Source of the DNA: Lytechinus pictus
Lineage: Eukaryota
DNA length: 64,000 nucleotides
Reading direction: 5' to 3'
Assembly (NCBI RefSeq): GCF_037042905.1
Contig: NC_087246.1
Coordinates: 3,784,001-3,848,000, forward strand
The position numbers and the translations under genes are program-made. Below, piece after piece: positions 53,481 to 64,000 of this stretch (position 1 is the first letter of the stretch; every line of letters starts with the position of its first letter). Below the pieces are notes generated by a model. It had not been told where the DNA came from. It ran no database searches and saw nothing but the letters and a program-made list of their open reading frames with translations.

Positions 53481-55877
53481 TGATTGGCCGAAAAATACAC
53501 AATATGCAAGCAACATACTAAACATAAATGCTATACTAGACGCTTGCAAAGAAACCATCCATACGTAATTAATGACATAATTTTCGATTTTTGCTTTTGA
53601 TATCAGACCTTTACATGTCTTCAGTTTTACTCGAGGGTCCTTTTGTTTCCATGACAACCTTGTTGCCCTTATAAAGAGCAGAGGGTACTTTATGCTAATT
53701 CAATGAAACGCATTAGAGTGATGAATAGTGCATTGGGTGTAGTCATTATAAAAAAAGAAACAGAGATGGTGAGTTCTGGCAGAAAAAGAAACATAATATT
53801 ATTGGTATATGGAAAGGAAAAGAAAGAAGAGAAGGAGAAGGAAGAACAATAATAAGCAATATTAAGAAGAGCAAACAATATTTCAGAAATAAAACAAAAT
53901 AAAATAAGAACAGGTTGAAGAAATAGACGAAGAGAAAGAAGAAGAAGAAGAATGATATAGTAAGGATAATAATGATAATAATAAAAATAATAATGATAAT
54001 AATAATGATAATAAGAAGAATAAAAGAAGGAGGAGGAGAAGAAGAAGAATAAGGAGGAGGAGGAAAGAGAAAAAGAACAAGAAAAAAGAAAGAAAGAAAG
54101 AACGAAGGGAGGAAGAAAAAAGGCCAAAAAAAAAAACGATGTTGACGAGCAAGAAAAATGAGAAGAAGTTTATATTAGTAGAAGAAGAAATAATAGAAAG
54201 CAGAATAATAATCATGAAGAAGGGGGACGTGGAGAAGAATAAGAACATTTAAACAGAAAAGGATGAAGGAGAAAAGGCAAAGTGAAAATTAAAAAGCATC
54301 ATGAGAATAAGCGTATATAGACTTACATGTTGACAAAGATTGCTTCTTGCTGACGTCATAAATGATCTGCATCGCATAAACCTATAAAACATACTCTTCA
54401 GGTCATTTATACCAGTAATATATCCCGTAAACTCATTATTGCTTGCATCATACGGGTAGTCTAGTCATCATACTCAATAACATGGAAATAATCGGAACCA
54501 CATGTATAATTAAATTTCCAAAACTTTGGGGAGGGGTCGCGTGTTCGGTAAAACCCCAATGCCCCCAAGAAGCCTTAAGACAGCAAATTTCACCGAGAGA
54601 TTTGTTCTCGACCATTGAAATTAGATGCAAGGAATTTTAGCTTATTGTAGATTTGATTGAGAATCATTGAAATAATAATATTAATATATAAGCATAAAAT
54701 AATAATGAAGGGACATTATAATAGGCCTGTTTCCAAATATTAAAATTGAATTCCTGATTAATTTTACTTATTTCGTTAAGTGCTTATTTACTGTATGATA
54801 TGTGAAAAACTGAATTGATATGTGAATTTGAATTCATTTAATTTCTTGACATACATGCAATTATTTCATGGAAAGATAAAATACGGAGAATGGTGGTTAT
54901 TTTCTGAAGCTTTAGTATTTAACTCTTCGTTTCCATGGTTTCGTTTAATTTCAATTCATTTTCCTTCATACATGTTTATTCATAAAGATCAAAATGATAA
55001 ACGTATATTCAGAGAAAAGGTTCGATAACGTTTGTAGAACGGGTTGTCCGGCTAAAGAAATAAATACATGTAAATTAAACGGAGAATATGCACAGAAGAT
55101 TTGATGAAAATAATGAAGGATTTAAAGGTTCGCATTATTGCGGCCTTTAGCTTGCTTGAAGCGATAAACATGGGCTGTGATATGGGGGACGAGACAAACA
55201 ACTCGCATAGGCTGCAGAACAAATTTCGATAATTTGAGAGGGACACACCCTTCCGCCCCCGGGTCGCCGCAATAGACATAAATGGCCATATCATATTATC
55301 AGTTTTCTGCAGTTTTGTAAAGTTGTTATAAATTTATTATTTTATATATTTTGGTAATTCTACTAATGCGTAAAAAAAGAATGCATATACCTGTAAAAAG
55401 GGTCGATAAAGTATAGAAATCATAGATCTTGAATCCGGAGTTATCTTTTAAATCAATCCTTGCACCAAAAAAATAAGAATGATTGTAATATTTCATGTAG
55501 TAGAATAGAAAATGAAAATAAGAGGTAAAATCATCGGATCGTTGCCTATTAATATAATGACAGTGCATGTATAACCAAAATATCAATGCTATTCATTATT
55601 TTTCTTCCGATTCTGATAAAATATATGTTTCACATGTTCTTGTGCTTGTCATAATGTTTAATTTTGAGTCTCGGGTACCCCTTTAAGACAAAAGATGAGA
55701 TTTTTTTTCCTTTACAAAGTTGCAATCCCTTTTAGACTGAATGAAAATGGTAATAGTATTATTAATATATTGGTTAGGCCCGTGTTGATATATTCGCTGA
55801 AGTGTTTTCTCGATTTGTTCAGTACACAAAATGATTGTTAGGCCCTATGTTTTACATAAATCTGGAGAATTTGTTAA

Positions 55878-56689
55878 AGGACAAGTCCACCCCAACAAAA
55901 AATTGATTTGAATAAAAAGAGAAAAATCCATCAAGCGTAACACTGAAAATTTCATCAAAATCGGTTGTAAAATATAAGAAAGTTATATGACATTTTAAAG
56001 TTTCGCTTAATTTCACAAAACAGTTATATGCACATCCTGGTTGGTATGCAAATGAGGAGACTGGTGACGTCATCCACTCACTATTTATTTTGTATTTTAT
56101 TATATGAAATATTCTAATTTTCTCCTCATTGTCAAGTGAAACGGTGATTAATTTCACCCTGAACTTATGGAATGAGCATTGTTTTATACTATATGGTTCA
56201 GTCAAGTCAGTCCATATGGTCAAATCTGTAAAAAATGAAATATTGTATAATTCAAACAATAAAAGACAAAAGAAATAGTGAGTTTTTTAATTACTTTTTT
56301 TACAAGTTCACACCTAGTTACCATTATTGCATATAGCATTTCCATTTATTTGAAAGCAGGATAAAAAGAGCATTGTAGATTTAATACCTTGCTCACGGGC
56401 ATAGCTGCCGCGGCCGGGGATCGAACCCCGGACTTTTTCATGCATAGCCAGGCGCCTTAGACCACTCGGCCACGGCACCTCCACAAGTGAGTGATGGACA
56501 TCATCGATTTGCCTGTCATTTGCATGTCAATTAGTTGTGCATATCACTGTTATGTGAAAAATAAGCGAAACTTTAAAATGCCATAACTTTCTTATTTAAC
56601 ATCCGATTTTGATGAAATTTTAAGTGTTATGTTAGTTTGATTTTTCTCTATTTATTCAAATAAACATTTTGCTTGGGTGGACTTGACCT
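55878..56689. mobile_element. Kolobok-like MITE (same family) carrying a SINE
   Basis: TTAA|AGGACAAGTCCACCC..GGGTGGACTTGACCT|TTAA. Confidence 0.85.
56284..56485 (-). mobile_element. tRNA-derived SINE
   Basis: Minus strand: A box TGGCCGAGTGG, B box GGTTCGATCCC, body cccgtgagcaagg, A-rich tail; 7-bp TSD AGTGAGT. Confidence 0.85.
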
Positions 56690-57684
56690 TTAAGTTATTG
56701 CTTGAGTCAGATGTCAGACACACATGTTGAAATAGGGGGGGGGGTAAACGAACCCTTCTCCTTTATCTCCCTCATTTGCCTACCTCCTCCCCTTGATTTT
56801 GCCCCTCTTTTTTTTACTTGGGTTAATTATTTTTATCTCGTTTCTGTTTATTATAACAGGTAAATAAATTGCAACACATACACAAACGACTTCCGAGGTT
56901 TTATGCGGGTCCATTTTATGCGTGTTATCATACCATACTAATAAATAGACAAGCAATCAAACACACAAATAAAGTCACATTGTCTGCGATGTGAGACCAT
57001 AGACGAGCATGTCTAGTATACAGTATATAGCTCACATGAGACTGGAAAACTTTGGCTCCAATCTGCCAATGAAAGGATTGGGAAAGGTAGATATACACCT
57101 AGAAGCTGAATAGACTGGTGAGTCAACTTTGACCATCATTCTTAAAATAATGGGAGGGTAAATACGGAAGCCTTGAATAGAGACGCGGAGAGTTGGTGTG
57201 AAAGCGATCTTGAAGAGATACAAACTAATTAATTTGCCACGGACAGACCGGGAAAGGAATAAAGGAAGAAAAGAAGGAAGGACATGTCTCATTATCAAGA
57301 CAAATACGTTTTCCCCCACTCTCTGTAATCTTCGCTAGAGTGTGCGGGAAATCAAAGTACAATTGATTATATGCACACAATCAAACTTTTCTTTATCTCA
57401 TTTAGATAAAACGTGACCAAGAACATCGGATCTTGTGAGGAAATATCTATTTTCATTGACATTGATCCATTGGTTTATCATGTCCAGAGAATATATTAGG
57501 TTTGCGGTCGGGGGATTATAGCAAATTGAGCTCGTACGGTCACTTATGCCCAAAACTGAGTGACATAGAGGCATCCATCGTGTACCCTATAGCGAGTAGC
57601 AGGAAGCCGTGATCCTACACGTCTCTACTACCTCAGTCTCTCCAATTTACTTCAATTTATCGCCAGCATATCCATGTTGTAAAG

Positions 57685-57845
57685 ATGGAGGAACCGGTTG
57701 TGAATATGGACGAGTCATTGTATTATCCATCTTTATGGACTCTTCTTTTGGCGGGATGTGTTGTCTGGCCTGGACTTTACATCGTTTTTTGGTCATACCT
57801 TTCGAAGAAGTACCCACCGTATCTAGCATGTGGAACGTCAATGAG
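57685..57845 (+). CDS. Probable first coding exon of a TLC-domain membrane protein (TLCD3/FAM57-like); remaining exons not found in window
   Basis: MEEPVVNMDESLYYPSLWTLLLAGCVVWPGLYIVFWSYLSKKYPPYLACGTSMR ending AG|gtgaga (phase 2). Resembles, from memory, the FAM57A N-terminus (LLTLAGGALFFPGLF...ISTR). Below the ORF-track length cutoff. Confidence 0.6.
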
Positions 57846-58835
57846 GTGAGATTTGTGTGTGTTCGGTAGAATCCTGAATCCCTTTCCCTCTGTGTTATAA
57901 TCTACCATTACATGAATGTCATATGGATTGCTCGCAGTCGCATGCGGCGGGCAGTACGAACCCGGTGTATGATGAGGCGACAAATTCGTGGGTATACGAT
58001 CCATGTATGCCTGCTATATCTCCTGGATTTTGGGTGTACAGTATATGGTGTATGGCTGAGATACCCGCATTCTGCATTGACACAGTGAACAGTACATATA
58101 AATATTTAGTTAACCCAGAGAGTCCCTAGTTAACCTTGTGATTGTGGAAAACAAACCAGAGCCAGGCATATCAGGTCTTTTTTTTTCAGAGGGGAGGGGC
58201 CATAAGTAAAGACATAATGGCATTCATTTTAGTGCACGGGCGGATTAAAAGTGAGTCAATTAAATCACTGCTTGCATAATTATGTAGATTGGTTGTGACT
58301 GTGAATATGAATGGGGGGGGGGGGGGTGGACGGAGGGGTCAGGGATCTAGGGACTACAGGCGTTGGACTCTGGTGGGGGGGGGGGGTTCACTCATTGGTG
58401 GATCATGATTCTCCAGTCATTTGATGGTATATAAAAATGATATCATATTACTATTAGTGACTACATAACTAGTGTTTGTGGCACTCTGGGCCAGAAGTAT
58501 AAAGTTAGAAGGGAATTGTACCTGGTCAGAAAATTAGGCCTATGCCTCCGTGACCTCGGCGTGAACTGGATGTTGTTGGTTCATCTGTATTGGTAGTATT
58601 AATAATAATAAAATATATTTTAAAAAATGTGTAAAATAGTATTATTTCCTTTTTTTCAAAGAATAAAGTGAATAATAATAATGAAAAACAACAGGTAAAA
58701 AGTAGATATATTATAGGTCCCCAAGGTGTGTGTGTGGGTAGCATAATAGGTCCGATTTTGTGCAATGAAAATGAAATAGAGCCTTAGAGGAATACAATTA
58801 TAATGGGAGTTCGAGCAAAAGAAGAAGGTTAACAT

Positions 58836-59672
58836 GAAGAAGAAGAAGGAGAAGAAGAAGAAGAAAAGATAGAAGAAGAAGAAGAAGAAAAGATAGAAGA
58901 AGAAGGAGAAAAGATAGAAGAAGAAGAAGAAGAAAAGATAGAAGAAGAAGAAGAAAAAAATAGAAGAAGAAGAAGAAAAGATAGAAGAAGAAGAAGAAAA
59001 GATAGAAGAAGAAGAAGAAAAGATCGAAGAAGAAGAAGAAAAGATAGAAGAAGAAGAAGAAAAGATAGAAGAAGAAGAAGAAAATATAGAAGAAGAAGAA
59101 GAAAGATAGAAGAAGAAGAAGAAAAGATCGAAGAAGAAGAAGAAAAGATAGAAGAAGAAGAAGAAAAGATAGAAGAAGAAGAAGAAAAGATAGAAGAAGA
59201 AGAAGAAAAGATAGAAGAAGAAGAAGAAGAAAAGACAGAAGAAGAAGAAGAAAATATAGAAGAAGAAGAAGAAAAGATAGAAGAAGAAGAAGAAAAGATA
59301 GAAGAAGAAGAAGAAAAGATAGAAGAAGAAGAAGAAAGATAGAAGAAGAAGAAGAAAAGATAGAAGAAGAAGAAGAAGAAAAGATAGAAGAAGAAGAAGA
59401 AAAAAATAGAAGAAGAAGAAGAAAAGATAGAAGAAGAAGAAGAAAAGATAGAAGAAGAAGAAGAAAAGATCGAAGAAGAAGAAGAAAAGATAGAAGAAGA
59501 AGAAGAAAAGATAGAAGAAGAAGAAGAAAAGATAGAAGAAGAAGAAGAAGAAAAGACAGAAGAAGAAGAAGAAAAGATAGAAGGAGAAGAAGAAAAGATA
59601 GAAGAAGAAGAAGAAAAGATAGAAGAAGAAGAAGAAAAGATAGAAGAAGAAGAAGAAAAGATAGAAGAAGAA
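58836..59672. repeat. Purine-rich 21-bp minisatellite (AGAAGAAGAAGAAGAAAAGAT)n
   Basis: Direct reading; unit-length variants of 20, 21 and 24 bp. Confidence 0.95.
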
Positions 59673-59826
59673 GGAGATGATTGTACCCATGTGAATGAAT
59701 AGCATGCGTTAATGACCCATAAAAGTTAGAAAATACATATTCAGAAAAAAAGTATCACTAGAGGCTGGGCCTATATATACAATCAATATTTTATATCTGA
59801 AAAAGAAATTACTGAAACATGACCTG

Positions 59827-61748
59827 GGGCGGTATTCTGAAAACGTTCTTATCTTAATTTTGTTCTTATCTACGTCACGTTCTCAAATTGGTATTCTGAA
59901 AACGTTCTTATCTTTTTCTTATCTTTTGTTCTTATCTTTTTCTTATCTTGCTTTCCATCGATGCTGATCGAGCGCGTAAATTTATAATTCGCGCATATGA
60001 TACAAAAGCGCGCTAAAAGATAAGAACAAAATAAAGATAAGTGGTATTCTGAAAACGTTCTTATCTTTTATCTTTCTTATCTTTTTACGATATTTATGAT
60101 AATATTTAAGATAGCTAGAGGGTTATCACATCTTACGATGTCCGCGTTCTTTCTTGCTAAAAATCGATGGCCACTCGTAGTAACAAGTATTCCTCCCACC
60201 CTTTCTTTCATTCACCCTTTATTTTGCCCGTCTCCTTTGTCTTTCCCTTTTTTCTTTCTTTCTTTCGTTCTGCCTTTCTTTATTTAATTTATTTATTTTA
60301 TCTTTTTCTTCCTTTCTATCTGTCTGTCTGTCTTCCTTTCTTTCATTCTTCATTTATCTTTTGTTTTATTCTTTTGAATCTTTTAACTTCTTCTTTATTT
60401 TTCTTTTGCCTTATTTTATTTATTTTTTATATTTCTTCCTTTCATATTTTCCCTTTTCGATTTTTTTCCTTTTTTTCTTTATTAAGTTTTTTTTTCTTTC
60501 CCCTTTTCTCTCTTTCTTTCTTTTTTTCTTTTCTTTTCTTCCTTCACTTTATTTTTTGTAATCTTCTTATTTCTTCTTTCTTTTTCTTTCTTTCACTCAC
60601 TCTTTCGTCTTTATATATTCTTTTTCTTTTATATTTATTCATTTTATTTGTTCCTTTTTTTCTTTCTTTTCTTCTTCCCTTAATTTTTTATTTTTTCCCC
60701 TCATTTTTTTTTCTTTCTTTTATAATGTCTTTCATTTTATTTTTTGGTTCTTTTTTCACTCGTTCGTTTGCTCTTTCTTTGATTCTTTTTTATTTCTGCT
60801 TTATGACACTAAATGTGTGCCTTATTTAGGCCTATTTTCTTCTTTCTTTCTTTCTTTCTTTATTCTATTTTATTTTTTTCTCGCTCATTCTTATTCCGCT
60901 CGTTTTTTATTTTCTCTTTCTTCTATTAATTAAAAAAATATTTTTCTTTATTCTTTCCATTAATCTTTCTTTGTTTTCTATTTTTCATTCATTCTTCATT
61001 TTTCCTGCCTTTTTATTTTCCCTTTCTTTTTCTTTCCTTCTTTGAATTTACTTTTCTTTTTATCTTTCTTTAGTTTTTAATTTTCCTTTCATCTTTTATC
61101 TTCTCTCACTTATCTCTTTCTTTGTCTCTCTCTTTCTTTATTTCTTTGCTTCATTTTCCTTTTTTCTCTCTTCCTTCACTTTTTTACATTTTTTTTATTC
61201 CTTCCTTTTCTTTTTTTTCTTTTTTACTTTCTTACATTCGTTCTTCTAACTTTATTTGGTTCTTTAGTCCTTCATTTTATCCTTTTTAATCTTTTTATTT
61301 TGTCCTTTTTCATTTTTTTATTTAAGTTTCTTTCCTCTTCCTTCTTCCTGTTTTATTCTTTATTCGTAACTGCTTTCTTTACTTCTTTTTCTTTACTTTC
61401 TTTCTTTCTTTATTTTGTGCACGTGTCTCAAAATAATAATCAGTCATTGAGTATAAAATACCTATTTCGCGCAATGCGCCAGAAACAGTGTACGCGCAGC
61501 GCCCATGATATTTTCTTGACATAAGGGACGCTTCTATTGGTTAAACTGCCAATATAAAGCGCATTTTGATTGGTAATATCTTAAAAATGGGCGTGTTGAA
61601 GATAAGAAGGAGGCAGTCCTTACAGAGATAAGAACGCGTTAAGAAGATTTTCAGAATACCGATTTGCAATGATTTTAGCGTCTTCTTATCTCATTGAGAT
61701 AAGATAAAAGATAAGAACAAAGATAAGAACGTTTTCAGAATACCACCC
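59827..61748. mobile_element. PIF/Harbinger-like non-autonomous element with pyrimidine-rich interior
   Basis: CTG|GGGCGGTATTCTGAAAACGTTCTTATCTT..AAGATAAGAACGTTTTCAGAATACCACCC|CTG; subterminal CTTATC repeats. Confidence 0.82.
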
Positions 61749-61863
61749 CTGAACTATAATGGATCTGGGAGCCTTAATTCTAGTTGTCAGAACTTCAAGA
61801 ATACAGTCTGCATTTATTCATTCCATGTCTTTGGATAATGTTCATAATCATAACAGCCATGCC

Positions 61864-62142
61864 CAGGGGCGGAAATCTCTCCCAAAAGGTAGGGGGACAA
61901 GGGGCTGGAAAATGGAAAATTTGACAAGCAAAAAAAAAAAAAGAAGAAAAAAAAAGGTTATCATCCCCAAAGTAAGGTTGTCTCGTCCTAAGATACATGT
62001 TTTATTTCGATTTTGAATAATGTATTTCTTACCATCATAAAAGACCACAAATAGTAGGGGGGACATTTGATATTGTGTCCCCCCCTACTGTTTTGAGTAG
62101 AGGGGACACGTCCCCCCTGTCCCTCTGGGATTTCCGCTCATG
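61864..62142. mobile_element. Small hAT-like MITE
   Basis: 8-bp TSD GCCATGCC; CAGGGGCGGAAATC..GATTTCCGCTCATG. Confidence 0.82.
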
Positions 62143-64000
62143 GCCATGCCTATTGATAGTGGATAAGATATATAGGCCTATATTCAAATAATGATATCGA
62201 TAATTGAATCATGAAGCTAAAAGACGTCTTTTAGCTCTTGACAAAACCTTACACACGCGGCCACATGACAACTTCCGCCCAAGTCATAACCTAGCCGGAA
62301 GTTAAGGGAAACTGGATTTACATTGTTTTTCTGTTTTTGCAAGTCTGTAACAACTAAGAATATTTGAATATATGTTGGTTTGACTTTGGCTTCCTGAAGA
62401 ACTTGTTATAGTTAGAGTCACAGTTCTTGTTCAAATTACATTTCAGCAATCAATAAAAAACAACACTATGACAGTATAAACGCTCATTATTTAATGATAA
62501 AACATTAAAATTTGTTATAATAATTCAAAGATGTCCCATCATAGTCCCATCTATTAAGTGCAGCTACTTGTTCAAAGAAATATGTTGTCAATGCCTTATA
62601 AAGCACCGAATATTTGTCCTAATACCACTTGCGTCTTATTGAAAAAAAATTGCAATGTGACGATCATAATCATGATACAGTTGAAATTAAAAGTCAAATA
62701 AGTATGAAATCAAAATTTCCTTAAAAAACACAAGAAGCAGAATGGGCATATTAAAAATGTGGAAAATGTGACGTAGCACACTCACTATGTTATCATCATA
62801 TAAAAGTGATATTTCATTTCCCCTCGTATTATGTAAAACATAGTTTTACTACAAATAATAGGCTATTGATATAATTATGTAATGTGAAATCATGATTTTA
62901 TCAATGGATTCTTAATCATTTAAAATAATTTTATTGAAATTGAAACATATGCATTTGATATTTCATGGTGAAAGAATACAAAAGATCATTAGTGTCATCC
63001 CTTGAAAAATCATAATATCTTATTTCACATAGAATTTTAATGAAATTTAATTCCTTTTTTTTTTGTTTGTTATTCGTTTCAACCTTCTACTTGAGAGGAT
63101 TTGGCCCTTTGTTGAATGAATCTGAATTTGTGTGGTTTAGAGATTAATTTTGATGCCATTTATCTATTGGGTTATCGTCGAGTAACACATGGCAACAGGA
63201 TATGCTCTTGTATGCTATGTCAGATGATTAATTTCGATATACCAGCTAACGTTCAAAGAGTTCAAATTCTTGTTTACAAAATATTATTTGTACAGATTTG
63301 ATTAGGGTTGTAAGAAATGCAATCATACTTCGTGAAAACACTATCGAAGCTGTGTAGGTATACTTATATAGTACTAGAAAATTTCCTGGAAGGTATTAAG
63401 GATTGATGATATACCATACTCCATAATATATGTATTTCAGCAAGTACGTGCTAACAAGGTAACTATTAACAGAATGGCTTTTTATGTCGATTACATGTTG
63501 TTTTCAATTCGGTAATGTCGCCATTTAACACAATGCGCTGGTGATAGACAATGACAATATATTCAAGGTCTAAAGCAGAAATTCATGAGGGAAATAGCTA
63601 TACTTCTGATACTGACATACAATGTATTTATTGTTGTTTTATCAAAAAAGGAAAAAAATGCATGGTGAGCCAAAAATCTTAGGGGCCTATGATGGCGTAT
63701 GCAGCAATTTTTTTTTAATCTGTGAGTGAGCGTAGCGAGCGAGGATTTTTCTTTGCCATCTTACTCTTAGTACTAAAACCAATTTTCTGATAGACTCTGG
63801 TATAATATTCAGTAAATAATATAACACTTCAAACTTTGTCCTTTCCCTTCCTGCTTTTTTCTCCTTTGGTCGTAATTTTGTTGAGGGAGTGTCCATAGCC
63901 TGAAGCCCCCATCTGTACGCCAATTAAAAAAAACCCCACTCTTTCTCTTTGGTCTATCTCCCCCTTCATCTCCCTTTCTCTTTGCCATTGCCACCCCTCT

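Larger units (their letters stand above)
27375..55256 (+). repeat. Segmental duplication unit 2
   Basis: Colinear homology with 6951-25536, expanded by TE insertions. Confidence 0.9.

Noticed and set aside
56400..56485. tRNA gene
   Set aside because: A/B boxes are present but there is no complete cloverleaf; it continues into a SINE body with an A-rich tail and TSD
58656..59705. 349-aa Phe-rich ORF (and Glu-rich frames on the other strand)
   Set aside because: Minisatellite translation with frame-breaking unit variants
60167..60829. 220-aa hydrophobic ORF
   Set aside because: Low-complexity pyrimidine tract inside a non-autonomous element

Overview
AT-rich, repeat-dense eukaryotic (animal) DNA. 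The repeat families and gene style suggest an echinoderm/sea urchin, which is an inference. The window is dominated by a direct segmental duplication (unit 1 ~6951-25536, unit 2 ~27375-55256). Each unit carries an intact 10-exon, + strand M14A zinc procarboxypeptidase (CPA/CPB-like) gene of 445 and 444 aa. Both have an unusual Asn at specificity position 255. Copy 2 has Tyr248 replaced by Asp, plus a cluster of other active-site-rim substitutions. The two units differ by many TE insertions: a full-length but disrupted Crack/L2-group LINE in intron 7 of copy 2, a truncated LINE after copy 1, Tc1-like, Kolobok-like, hAT-like and Harbinger-like non-autonomous elements, and a 3.9-kb foldback element nested in an old L2. 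The first coding exon of a probable TLCD3/FAM57-like gene lies at 57685-57845. No prokaryotic system, CRISPR array, rRNA or true tRNA gene was found.
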